A stretch of 23,943 nt of DNA from a bacterium (GTDB taxonomy: Bacteria; Hinthialibacterota; Hinthialibacteria; Hinthialibacterales; Hinthialibacteraceae): positions 1 through 23,943 of the forward strand of contig JBHGBC010000091.1 of the NCBI GenBank assembly GCA_041946805.1, read 5' to 3'. Below are positions 1 through 8,242 of this stretch, piece after piece; the first letter of the stretch is position 1; the number at the start of each line of letters is the position of its first letter. Position numbers and translations under genes: made by a program. The notes under the pieces were generated by a model, which was not told the DNA's origin, did not search any database, and was given only the letters and a program-made list of their open reading frames with translations.

Positions 1-30
1 GGGAATGGGTTACCTTGGTCCCGGCAATTT

Positions 31-53
31 CCCAGGGCTGAAGCCCTGGGCTA
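31..53. repeat. REP-like palindrome CCCAGGGC-TGAA-GCCCTGGG-CTA
   Basis: Perfect 8-bp stem at 31-50. The minus strand reads TAGCCCAGGGC...GCCCTGGG, similar to TAGCCCCGGGC...GTCCTGGGG at 6002-6026. Confidence 0.6.
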
Positions 54-109
54 GTTTAATGGAGGCCTAGAGGGGAGAATTCAATATTTGGGGGCCAGGG
101 AGTCGTGCC

Positions 110-154
110 CGCCTGGAAGGCGGCCGTGGGTATTCCCCGGCTTGAAATCCGGGG
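110..154. repeat. REP-like double hairpin (GCC-TGGAA-GGC; CCCCGG-CTTGAAAT-CCGGGG)
   Basis: Two short GC-rich inverted repeats in intergenic DNA. Confidence 0.4.
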
Positions 155-285
155 ATGTCTGTGAAAGAACGATCGGCAGGCCAAGGGAAATCGATCAAAA
201 ACCCACTTTCCGAAGGCGTACAATTGATAGATGATGATCAACCATGCTTGCCCTTCGCGTGAACCATACAATGAAAGGAACGATC

Positions 286-1362
286 ATGGGGATGAAAATC
301 TTGGAGACCGGGATCTGCATGGCCATCCTGGCGTTGTTCCTGGCCGGCTCGCCGGGGATAGCGGGAGAACCGGGCGCGGGGGAGATAGAGGTTCAATTGC
401 GGGATGCGTTCCCCTTGAAATTCCCCGCGCCGACGGACTGCAACAGCCCGGCGCATTGGGACGGGGAGACGTTTTATCTGTTCAATTCGGCCGGGCATCC
501 ATCCCGTTCATCCGGGGCGGACCTCTTCGGCTTGGGCGAAGCCGCGCCGGTGAAATACAACAACACCGTGGACGGCGGGCGCTGGATCGAGGCCACGCAC
601 CGGGACAAGAACGGAACGCTGTACGGCTGGTATCACAACGAGCCCACGGTGGGATTTCCGCAAAACCAGGACAACCAGGCCCGTTTGACCGCGCCCCGCA
701 TCGGAGCGTTGAAATCGGTGGACAATGGCGCAACCTGGGAGGATCTGGGAATCATCCTGGAAGCGCCGGCCGGTTCGCAAAACCGGGAGACGGAAAATTT
801 CTACTTCACGGGGGGCCATGGCGATTTTTCGGTGCTGCCAGACCCGGATGGGCGATATGTGTATTTCTTCATCAGCACTTACAACCGGGACATCGCGGAG
901 CAAGGCGTTTCCGTGGCCCGGATGCGTTACGCGGACCTGGACCATCCGGTGGGGAAAGTGTGGAAATGGCACAAAGGAAAATGGAACGAACCGGGCCTCG
1001 GCGGGCATGTGACTCCCATTTTCAAAGCCTCCATCGACTGGCACCGGAAGGATGCCGACGCCTTTTGGGGGCCGTCGATCCATTGGAACACGTATCTGAA
1101 ACAATATGTGATTTTATTGAACCGGGCCAAGGATTGGAAATGGTCGCAGGAAGGGATTTACATCACCTTCAATAAGGATCTGTCCGATCCGGAGGGTTGG
1201 ATTCCGCCCCGCAAAATCCTGGACGGCGGGGGATGGTATCCGCAGGTGACCGGCATCGATACGCGCCAAAAAGAAACCGATAAGCTGGCCGGTCAAACGG
1301 CCCGGTTTTTCATGTCGGGGGAGTCCCGTTGGGAAATCGTCTTCACCAAGCCGGGAGAATAA
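286..1362 (+). CDS. Secreted putative beta-propeller glycoside hydrolase-like protein with an Asp-box
   Basis: Within ORF 244-1362. SD-like AAAGGA at 274-279 favours ATG 286 (292 also possible). Hydrophobic signal peptide MAILALFLAGSPGIA, Asp-box SVDNGATW, and aromatic beta-strand segments (LYGWYHNE, GDFSV, YVYFFIS, FWGPSIHWN). Confidence 0.75.
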   Translation: MGMKILETGICMAILALFLAGSPGIAGEPGAGEIEVQLRDAFPLKFPAPTDCNSPAHWDGETFYLFNSAGHPSRSSGADLFGLGEAAPVKYNNTVDGGRWIEATHRDKNGTLYGWYHNEPTVGFPQNQDNQARLTAPRIGALKSVDNGATWEDLGIILEAPAGSQNRETENFYFTGGHGDFSVLPDPDGRYVYFFISTYNRDIAEQGVSVARMRYADLDHPVGKVWKWHKGKWNEPGLGGHVTPIFKASIDWHRKDADAFWGPSIHWNTYLKQYVILLNRAKDWKWSQEGIYITFNKDLSDPEGWIPPRKILDGGGWYPQVTGIDTRQKETDKLAGQTARFFMSGESRWEIVFTKPGE

Positions 1363-1523
1363 CCGCGGGCGGGCACGGGTCCTCAATTTTGGTACATCCG
1401 GCAAGCACGTACCTGATAGGAACGTCGTATCTCATTTCCCTTACTCCGAAGCGAAGGGAAAACAATTTTCCTTCTTCTCGTCTATGTAACCAACCGGCGG
1501 GAGCGGCGCCGAGAATAGGCTTT

Positions 1524-1568
1524 CCCTCACCCTAACCCTCTCCCAGAGGGAGAGGGGATTGGGGAGGA
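1524..1568 (+). repeat. BoxC-like repeat, copy 1
   Basis: CCCTCACCCTAACCCTCTCCC-AGA-GGGAGAGGGG: pyrimidine tail plus hairpin, lying between convergent genes. Confidence 0.85.
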
Positions 1569-1638
1569 TTCTCTCAATCCAGTTTCATCGATGTCTGACC
1601 ATACCTTCGGAACAAAACACTAACTTTCCGGATGAACT

Positions 1639-3882
1639 TCATTTTTCCGGCAGGCCGATATAGCCCAGATGCCGCCCCATCCAGTAGGGCATCAGCCAGA
1701 AGACGCCGCTGCTTTCGAGGCGGCCCGGCTCGTCGCTGAAATCGCCGGAGACCGTTTCCCAGGGATTTTTGTCCCAACGCATGATGCCGCGCTCGCTGGG
1801 GGGAAGCATCCAGTCCAGTTGCAGCGGCTCGAGCATGGGAAAGCGGACAAGTTTCACATCCTCCCGCGTGGCGTTGTCGACGCGCCATTGGACCAAGTCC
1901 AGGGGTTGATCTTGTAAGAACTGGATGCTCTCCTCCAGGTGAAAATTCTCTCCCCCCAAGAATCCATACATGAAGTTGAAGAACGGATTCTGGTCATTCT
2001 CCACGGTGCGGTACGCCCAGGTGAACGCTTCTTTGTAGATGGAGAGCAACCGCGGATCGTCCTCGTACAGCAGCAAGGCAGGCGCGGCGAACATCAGCAG
2101 TTCGTCGTCGATGTGGGTCCGCTGGGCGCGTTCGTAATTCTTGGGGCGGCGGGCGTTTTCGGCGTAACCGTGTTTTTCGATCAGTTTTTTGTATTCCTGT
2201 TGATATTTGGGATTGCCGGTGATGTGATAGGCGGCCTTGAGATAGGAGAGGAACTCGAACGAGTTGATGGGCGCTTCCACCCGCCAGTCGGGATCGTGGT
2301 TCAGCTTCTCGGGCGACCAGACTCCCCAGCGGGTAGGCTGCCCGTCGATATCACGCAGGACGTAACCTCCCTCGATGATGTAATCCATGATCCGGGACAC
2401 CAGGTTCCGGACCCGCGCCTTGTGGGCGTCATCGGCGGCGAGGTCGTAGTAAAAGAGATACCCGAACATGTGGCCGGTGATTTCATCCGAGCTGGTGTCG
2501 CCCTTCCACAGCCATTTTTTATCGGACGAGAGCCGCCAGCGTTGCTCGACCGGCTTGAATCGGGGATTGCGCACGCGGGACTCGATCCGTTCCTGGGGCG
2601 TGTAGGTCTGGTTGGGATCGGCCATAGCGGTCCAATCGGCGGGGATGATGGTGCGGGCCACGAATCCCGGTGTGCCGGTGATGGTCTGCAGGAGTTCGAG
2701 GGCGGCGAAAGCCTTATCGGCGTTGGCCTTGGCCTGGGGGTTCTGCGTCGCGGCGTAACGGAAGCACTCCATGACCATGTAGAAACTGGTGTAGCTGCCG
2801 TCGTTGTCGTCGTCCCGGGGAACGAAGATGCTCTGGTCGGCCGGATTGGGGAAGAAGCATTTCTCCACGAAGCCCGGTTCGCGGACATGGCGTTTCAGGC
2901 AGATGTCCAGATAATATTCCGCCTTGCCGTGAAGGGTCATCCACCGGTTTTTGATGGCGCTGACCCCGGCGGCGGTGGCGATCCAGGCCGCGCCCTCCGA
3001 GTCGAACGCGATGTCCCGGACCTCATCGTTCAGCAGCCAGCGGCGGCTGTGGCGCAAAGACCAGAGGCCGTCCTGATACCGGGCCGCGCCCAGGCCCGTC
3101 CCAATCCACATCCGGCCGTCGGGCGCGTGAGCCAGCGCGCGGACGTCGTAATAGGGCAGATCGTCTTCGGCGGTGAGGGTATCGACGCGGACGCCGTTTT
3201 CGAAAATATCGATACCGCCCAGTTCTCCCACCCACAGGCGGCCGCCGGGCGTGAAGGCCAAGGCGTTCACCTCGCTGGAATAGAGATCCTCATCCCGGCA
3301 ATAAAGACGCAGGCCGGTTGGATCCCGGCGGTAGAGACCCATGCCGGTGGCGATCCAGAACGTGTCTCTGTCCTCCACCAGCACATCCCGGATATTGCCG
3401 GACCATCGCCGCGTAATGCCTTGCCATCGTGCGTCCACACATTCCCAGGCGCCGTCCGGACCGAGCGCGATGATGTGACCATCCTTGCCATGCACGGCGG
3501 AGACCGCGTCCGTCACTTCGGGAACTCGGACAGCCCGGCCGTTTTCGATCCGGTACAAGCCATCCCACGCGCCCGCCCAGACGATCCCGGAATCATCGCA
3601 GTAAAGCGCATACGCCGGGCCGGGGGAGAATCCATCCACCAGTTTCCATTCTTTCTGGATCAAGCCATATACTCCCCCCCGGGTGGCGGCCCAAATCCGG
3701 CCGGTGGAATCCACGGCGATGGCCCGCACGTCATCCCCCGGCCCGCCCGGCTGGATGGGATAGGCCTCATGATATTCCTGGACGAAGGGGACATCCGGAG
3801 CGGCCGGGTGGATTCCAACCGCGAGTGATAAAACCGCGCACAGCAGGGGGATGGACAACCAGGCAGGGGATTTCATGTTCAT
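1639..3882 (-). CDS. Secreted protein: two-component-regulator-type beta-propeller repeats plus a helical putative catalytic domain
   Basis: 747 aa; AGGAGA SD; signal peptide. Repeats such as VRAIAVDSTGRIWAATRGGV, VNALAFTPGGRLWVG, VRALAHAPDGRMWIGTGLG and VRDIAFDSEGAAWIATAAGV. Acidic C-terminal motifs DDDNDGSYT and WKGDTSSDE. Confidence 0.85.
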   Translation of the reverse strand: MNMKSPAWLSIPLLCAVLSLAVGIHPAAPDVPFVQEYHEAYPIQPGGPGDDVRAIAVDSTGRIWAATRGGVYGLIQKEWKLVDGFSPGPAYALYCDDSGIVWAGAWDGLYRIENGRAVRVPEVTDAVSAVHGKDGHIIALGPDGAWECVDARWQGITRRWSGNIRDVLVEDRDTFWIATGMGLYRRDPTGLRLYCRDEDLYSSEVNALAFTPGGRLWVGELGGIDIFENGVRVDTLTAEDDLPYYDVRALAHAPDGRMWIGTGLGAARYQDGLWSLRHSRRWLLNDEVRDIAFDSEGAAWIATAAGVSAIKNRWMTLHGKAEYYLDICLKRHVREPGFVEKCFFPNPADQSIFVPRDDDNDGSYTSFYMVMECFRYAATQNPQAKANADKAFAALELLQTITGTPGFVARTIIPADWTAMADPNQTYTPQERIESRVRNPRFKPVEQRWRLSSDKKWLWKGDTSSDEITGHMFGYLFYYDLAADDAHKARVRNLVSRIMDYIIEGGYVLRDIDGQPTRWGVWSPEKLNHDPDWRVEAPINSFEFLSYLKAAYHITGNPKYQQEYKKLIEKHGYAENARRPKNYERAQRTHIDDELLMFAAPALLLYEDDPRLLSIYKEAFTWAYRTVENDQNPFFNFMYGFLGGENFHLEESIQFLQDQPLDLVQWRVDNATREDVKLVRFPMLEPLQLDWMLPPSERGIMRWDKNPWETVSGDFSDEPGRLESSGVFWLMPYWMGRHLGYIGLPEK

Positions 3883-4024
3883 GATGATTCTCCTGATCGA
3901 GGGATCTTCTGGATGATGTACGATCCGCTTTTATTTTTTCCAAATGAAAAAGGCTCATCTGGCAAGTGGGTACTTTTTTTTGATCGCCGGTTCGCATCCC
4001 TTCGCGATCAGCGATGAAAACCAC

Positions 4025-4069
4025 TCCCCCCCAATTCCCTCTCCCTCTGGGAGAGGGCCAGGGTGAGGG
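4025..4069 (-). repeat. BoxC-like repeat, copy 2 (inverted relative to copy 1)
   Basis: Reverse complement matches 1524-1568 at 41/45 positions by manual alignment. Confidence 0.85.
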
Positions 4070-4076
4070 TATTTTT

Positions 4077-4164
4077 GCAGGGGCGGACCTTGGTGTCCGC
4101 CCTCATCCCGGAGTGAAGGTAATCGATTTTACCCCATGATGTACACGCTTCCCGGATGAATCAT
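4077..4164 (+). repeat. 88-bp dispersed REP-associated element, copy A
   Basis: GCAG + GGGCGGAC-CTTGGT-GTCCGCCC hairpin, then a TCATCC...GGATGA stem. 72/88 ungapped identity to 18966-19053. Confidence 0.85.
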
Positions 4165-4341
4165 AAAAAAGCACAAAAAGGGCGGAAGGGATATCCAGGA
4201 GTTGTGGGATTGCGCGCGGCGCGCCGATTCATCGCGCCGGAACGATCCTCACCCATAAGCTGCGCGGATCAGCATCGTGAAGAGGAGATTTTCATGAAAG
4301 GGGTGATGTGGGGCTGTTTTGGGCATTCGGTTTAAATGGAT

Positions 4342-4361
4342 AACGGCCTTTTCAGGCCGTT
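4342..4361 (-). terminator. Hairpin downstream of tRNA-Phe, probable terminator or processing stem
   Basis: AACGGCCT-TTTC-AGGCCGTT is a perfect 8-bp stem 16 nt past the tRNA 3' end; the U-tract is weak. Confidence 0.5.
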
Positions 4362-4377
4362 GGAGAATGCGGGGAAA

Positions 4378-4450
<73 letters not shown>

Positions 4451-4462
4451 CAACGAGTAATA

Positions 4463-4491
4463 AATAAACTTTCAAGCCGCTCTTCTGTCAA
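4463..4491 (-). promoter_or_regulatory. Putative sigma70 promoter of tRNA-Phe
   Basis: Consensus TTGACA at 4491-4486, then 17 nt, then AT-rich TTTATT about 12 nt before the tRNA. Confidence 0.55.
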
Positions 4492-4705
4492 GGAGAAGGG
4501 AAGAACAAAGGAGAATTATATCCACTCGATTCCACAAGAAAACCGGGACGGCGAAACAGGGGGTATTTTTCGAGAGGGTTGGGATGGGAAAAATCCCAAG
4601 CCATCACCTTGAGCCCTGGGGAAAAGCGAATAAAAATAGAAGAGAAGCGACGGACCTATCAACTTGCTGCGAATTCACCACGGTTTCCCCAAAAATCAAA
4701 GCACC

Positions 4706-5218
4706 ATGGGAGCGGGAATAATGCTGACATTGGAAGGGATTATCTTTTCCGTAATAGGATTGACCGGCGTCGTGTACGCCTTGAAATCCCACGAAGTGAA
4801 TTTCACCCTGACCGACCACCTGGGGGGCGTTTTGCAAAATCGCAAAGTCTTGTTTTTTATTGGTTTATTGATCGTTTTTCTGGGATTCGGGCTCGCGTAT
4901 GCCATCCGGGAGCATCACGGTTTCATCACCCTGGCGGGTGCGTGGCTCATGCTGACCGGATCGGCGCCCTGGTTCAACAAACGCATCGTGCGGAAGTTCT
5001 TCGATCCGGCGGAATGGCGCGTGATCCGCACCACCATTTACGCCGGCCTGTTGCTTACCCTGCTCAGCACCGGCTTCTTCTTTTTCCCGCCCATGTTTTC
5101 TCCGGGAACCTTTCTCATGGGCATCGCCATCACCATCCTGGCCGGCCGCCTGTGGTGGAACCAGGATATCGAGGCCCAGCACCGAACCATGGTTTTCAGC
5201 AAAAGAGATTATTCGTGA
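4706..5218 (+). CDS. Hypothetical integral membrane protein (about 5 TM segments)
   Basis: Within ORF 4664-5218; ATG 4706 or 4721. Several hydrophobic stretches (IIFSVIGLTGVVYAL, VLFFIGLLIVFLGFGLAYAI, IYAGLLLTLLSTGFFFF). The 3' end overlaps trpF by 23 bp. Confidence 0.75.
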   Translation: MGAGIMLTLEGIIFSVIGLTGVVYALKSHEVNFTLTDHLGGVLQNRKVLFFIGLLIVFLGFGLAYAIREHHGFITLAGAWLMLTGSAPWFNKRIVRKFFDPAEWRVIRTTIYAGLLLTLLSTGFFFFPPMFSPGTFLMGIAITILAGRLWWNQDIEAQHRTMVFSKRDYS

Positions 5219-5912
5219 GGTCCCGCCACGCGGCGGTTTCGGCTTCCCGGACCCGCGCGATCAATTGCAGAACCTTTTCCGGATCCTTGATGCCCGGGGC
5301 CGCTTCCACGCCCGAGGACAGATCGAGTCCGTCGGGCAACACAGCCCGCAGGGCCGCGGCCGCGTTATCCGGATGAATGCCCCCGGCCAGGATCAAGGGG
5401 CAGCCGATCCGCTCCCGGATTTTCCGGGCGGCCGCCCAATCCACGGTTGTGCCTGTCCCGCCCAGGCGGCGTTTTCCATCCCGGACCATGGCCGCGTCCA
5501 GCAGGATGCGGTCGACGCCGGCCTTGTTGTATTGCCCGATCCGGTCCACGGTATCATTCACGTCCACCGGTTCCCCACTCTGCGCGGCGGGCAGGTGCAT
5601 GACCTTCCAGATTTCGCAGGAGACTTGGCTCCTAAGCCGGGCTACGCTTTTCGGCGGTTCGGAGCCATGCAATTGGAGCGCGGCGGGCTTCAACTCCCGC
5701 GCGATCAGGACCAAGCGCTCCACCGGCTGATCGAGAGTGACCGCCGCCACCGGCAGCGGCGGATGATCGAAGAGTTCCCAGGCGATGGCCAACGGGAGTC
5801 CGCGGGGCGAATCGATTTCCACGAGCACGCCGCCGTAATCCGCTCCCTGCCTGGCGATGAGCGCCAGATCTCCCCGGTTGGTGATGCCACAGATTTTGAC
5901 GCAAAAGTGCAT
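5196..5912 (-). CDS. trpF: N-(5'-phosphoribosyl)anthranilate isomerase
   Basis: Motifs VKICGIT, LQLHGSE, LLDA, GGTGTTVDW, LAGGIHPDN and DLSSGVEAAPGIKD. Start placed at MHFCVKICG (5912). Confidence 0.95.
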   Translation of the reverse strand: MHFCVKICGITNRGDLALIARQGADYGGVLVEIDSPRGLPLAIAWELFDHPPLPVAAVTLDQPVERLVLIARELKPAALQLHGSEPPKSVARLRSQVSCEIWKVMHLPAAQSGEPVDVNDTVDRIGQYNKAGVDRILLDAAMVRDGKRRLGGTGTTVDWAAARKIRERIGCPLILAGGIHPDNAAAALRAVLPDGLDLSSGVEAAPGIKDPEKVLQLIARVREAETAAWRDLTNNLFC

Positions 5913-5979
5913 GGGATGAAACCTGGTTAAAGCCAAGATAATTGTATTGTATCCGAATGAGGGAAAGAATGGGATTTCA

Positions 5980-6067
5980 CGCTGAAAGCGCGGCATGAGA
6001 ATAGCCCCGGGCAATAAGTCCTGGGGACCGGGGGAAACCAGTATCACAAGCCCAGAAGGGGCGGCAT
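5980..6067 (+). repeat. Composite REP-like palindromic element
   Basis: CGC-TGAAA-GCG-CGGCAT ... TAGCCCCGGGC-AATAA-GTCCTGGGG ... CCC-AGAA-GGG-GCGGCAT: a duplicated small hairpin + GCGGCAT unit flanks a central hairpin. Confidence 0.55.
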
Positions 6068-6121
6068 ATTTTCTTCTCCCGCGGATGGGGAAATAGTGAC
6101 AAAACAGATTTCATTTTCAAT

Positions 6122-6158
6122 CCCCACCTAACCTCATCCCGATCTCCGGGGGGAGGAA
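6122..6158 (+). repeat. Degenerate BoxC-like variant
   Basis: CCCCACCTAACCTCATCCC...GGGGGGAGGAA has the same tail-plus-hairpin layout. Confidence 0.45.
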
Positions 6159-6227
6159 TCGAATGACCGAACGAACAGAACTGACGAGAAGGACCGTGCA
6201 GGCCAGATGACTGCACCACAAGAGTAT

Positions 6228-6293
6228 CCCCTCACTCCCGGCCTCTCTTGCATAAAATCCCTCACCCCGGCCCTCTCCCAGAGGAGAGAGGGG
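6228..6293 (+). repeat. BoxC-like repeats: partial copy 6228-6248 and full copy 6259-6293
   Basis: CCCCTCACTCCCGGCCTCTC followed by CCCTCACCCCGGCCCTCTCCC-AGA-GGAGAGAGGGG. Confidence 0.8.
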
Positions 6294-6456
6294 AAAGGAG
6301 TGGTCATGGTTGGCGGGTTTCGCGGCAGTGATCCCACTGTGTGCGGGTCATTCCGTCCTTCTGTCCCTCCCGGCCTTGCCGTGATACACTGAAATGGAAG
6401 AAATGAAAGCCGGGAATTAGAGTCATCCCGATGCCACCCGAGGAGACCGATCATTC

Positions 6457-7758
6457 ATGAACCAGGCCGTCCCAATGGAACCCGCGCCCCATGGCCGGCG
6501 CTTGAATCCCGCCGAACTCGAGATCGACCTGTTTTGCAAAGGGATCCGTATTCACGAATCGTGTGACCTCGAAAAGGATGCCCGCGTCTTGGCCCGCGCC
6601 CGCGCCGGCTTGGGCAGCGGGTTGGAGCTGGTCATCCCCGGTAAACATCCGATCTGGCTAAACGCTCCGGTCAAGGAAAAATTCGCGGCGGGCAGTCCAT
6701 ATGAACTCCGCCTCGAGGACGGCCGCTACCAGGTCCAGCATACGGGGGACCGGATCCGTTATGACATCGTCCTGCCTCCCGCGCCCGAGTGGTATTCGCG
6801 CCACACGGCCAGCGGGGTGTTGATGCGGGAAATCGGCGTGCTGCAGGGCACCTACCTGGGCGTCTACCTGGGCAAGGCCTGCGCGTTTTGGAATTCCAAT
6901 CCCCGCGAAAACTGCAAGTTCTGCATTACGGGCTTGAACGTGGGCAGTCCCGGCGGCGACAAGGCCGAAAAAACCGTTGAGGAAGTGGTCGAAGTGGCCC
7001 AGGCCGCCAAGCAGGAATCGGGCATCACCTTCGTTCACTTCAACACCGGCTATCAGCAAGGGCGCGGGCTGGATATCTGCGCACCGTTTGTCAAGGCGGT
7101 CAAGGAAAAGGTCGGCGCGCTGGTGGGCGTGCAGGCCATCCCCTCCCGGGATCTGTGGAAATACGATTGGATCGCCGAGCTGGGCTGTGATCATCTTTCC
7201 TTCTGCTACGAGCTGCAGAATCCCGAGTATTTCAAGCAGTATCTGCCCGGCAAGTTCAAGCACATCGGCCAGGAAACCTTTTTCCGGGCCATGGAATACA
7301 GCAGCCAATTGCTGGGCAAGGGCCGCGTGTCCGGGGAGATCATTGCCGGGATCGAGCCCATCGAGGACACCCTGGAGGCCATCGAATACATCACCCGCAT
7401 CGGCGCGTTTCCCACGGTCTGCATTTTCCGTCCGGTCGAAGGTTCCGCCATGGCGGACGCGCCCTCGCCTTCCTTCGAAGACATGGTGGTGGTGTTCCGC
7501 CGGGTGTACGAATGCTGCATGAAGTATGGCATTCCCATTGGCCTGGCTCCCAATATCGAAGTCAGTTTGGTCGTGCAGCCCACCGACGCCGAGTTCCTGG
7601 TGGAGCGCACGCCGGCCTTCTATTGGTACAAAACCAAGCTGGCGGTGATGAAGTCGCTGGCCGGGCTGGTGTTTAGCCGGCAGTTGCGGCCCCGCAAAAT
7701 CGCCGCCGACGCGGATCATGTCCCTCCCCCGCCGGCTGAACTCAAGCCAGCCGTATAA
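6457..7758 (+). CDS. Radical SAM protein with atypical Cx10Cx2C motif (resembles the MSMEG_0568-like group)
   Basis: GAGGAG SD; CAFWNSNPRENCKFC motif; barrel-type segments FNTG, SFCYE, GEIIAGIEP and FPTVCIFRPVEGS. Confidence 0.85.
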   Translation: MNQAVPMEPAPHGRRLNPAELEIDLFCKGIRIHESCDLEKDARVLARARAGLGSGLELVIPGKHPIWLNAPVKEKFAAGSPYELRLEDGRYQVQHTGDRIRYDIVLPPAPEWYSRHTASGVLMREIGVLQGTYLGVYLGKACAFWNSNPRENCKFCITGLNVGSPGGDKAEKTVEEVVEVAQAAKQESGITFVHFNTGYQQGRGLDICAPFVKAVKEKVGALVGVQAIPSRDLWKYDWIAELGCDHLSFCYELQNPEYFKQYLPGKFKHIGQETFFRAMEYSSQLLGKGRVSGEIIAGIEPIEDTLEAIEYITRIGAFPTVCIFRPVEGSAMADAPSPSFEDMVVVFRRVYECCMKYGIPIGLAPNIEVSLVVQPTDAEFLVERTPAFYWYKTKLAVMKSLAGLVFSRQLRPRKIAADADHVPPPPAELKPAV

Positions 7759-7790
7759 TCGAAGGAAAGGAATCCAAGGAATCCGGCACG

Positions 7791-8237
7791 ATGGGAAACG
7801 CATCCGCCATCCGCAACCGCGTGGCCGTTCTGTTGGCCGAGGACGGCAAAGTCTTGTTGGTGCAGCACGAGAAGTGCGGCCGGCGGTACTGGCTGCTTCC
7901 GGGCGGCGGGGTCGAATACGGCGAGACGTTGGAGGAAACCGCCCGCCGCGAACTCAAGGAAGAAACCAACCTCGAGATCACGGTCGGTGATTTGCTTTTT
8001 GTGTCCGAATCGATCCCTCCCGACCGGCACCGGCATGTCATCAATTATTATTTTGAGGGGAAAGTCACGGGCGGCGCGCTCCGGGTTCCAGAAGAAAAAG
8101 TGCTCAAGCACGCCCAGTGGCATTGCATCGAAGACTTGCCCCATTTGATCATTTACCCCACAATCACCCGCGAGCTTCTGGAATGGGTGCAAACCGGAAG
8201 CATAAAAAGACGGTCCATCGGCAACCGCTGGGAATAA
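7791..8237 (+). CDS. Nudix hydrolase
   Basis: Nudix box GGGVEYGETLEETARRELKEETNL; AAGGA SD. Confidence 0.92.
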   Translation: MGNASAIRNRVAVLLAEDGKVLLVQHEKCGRRYWLLPGGGVEYGETLEETARRELKEETNLEITVGDLLFVSESIPPDRHRHVINYYFEGKVTGGALRVPEEKVLKHAQWHCIEDLPHLIIYPTITRELLEWVQTGSIKRRSIGNRWE

Positions 8238-8242
8238 TCAAC

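Noticed and set aside
231..1175. 314-aa alternative-frame ORF
   Set aside because: Arg/Gly/Pro-rich off-frame translation overlapping the signal-peptide gene.
1939..3828. 629-aa plus-strand ORF
   Set aside because: Antisense shadow of the 747-aa gene, common in GC-rich DNA; no motifs.
5913..6047. N-terminal extensions in the ORF track for trpF (likewise 8117, 13708, 18982, 20403)
   Set aside because: They run through repeats, intergenic DNA or neighbouring genes; downstream ATGs fit SD position or family N-termini better.
6122..6293. CRISPR array or RiPP precursor upstream of the radical SAM gene
   Set aside because: The repeats are degenerate, irregularly spaced BoxC-like copies with no cas genes. 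ORF 6207-6392 is a translation of those repeats, and the enzyme lacks an evident SPASM or RRE domain.
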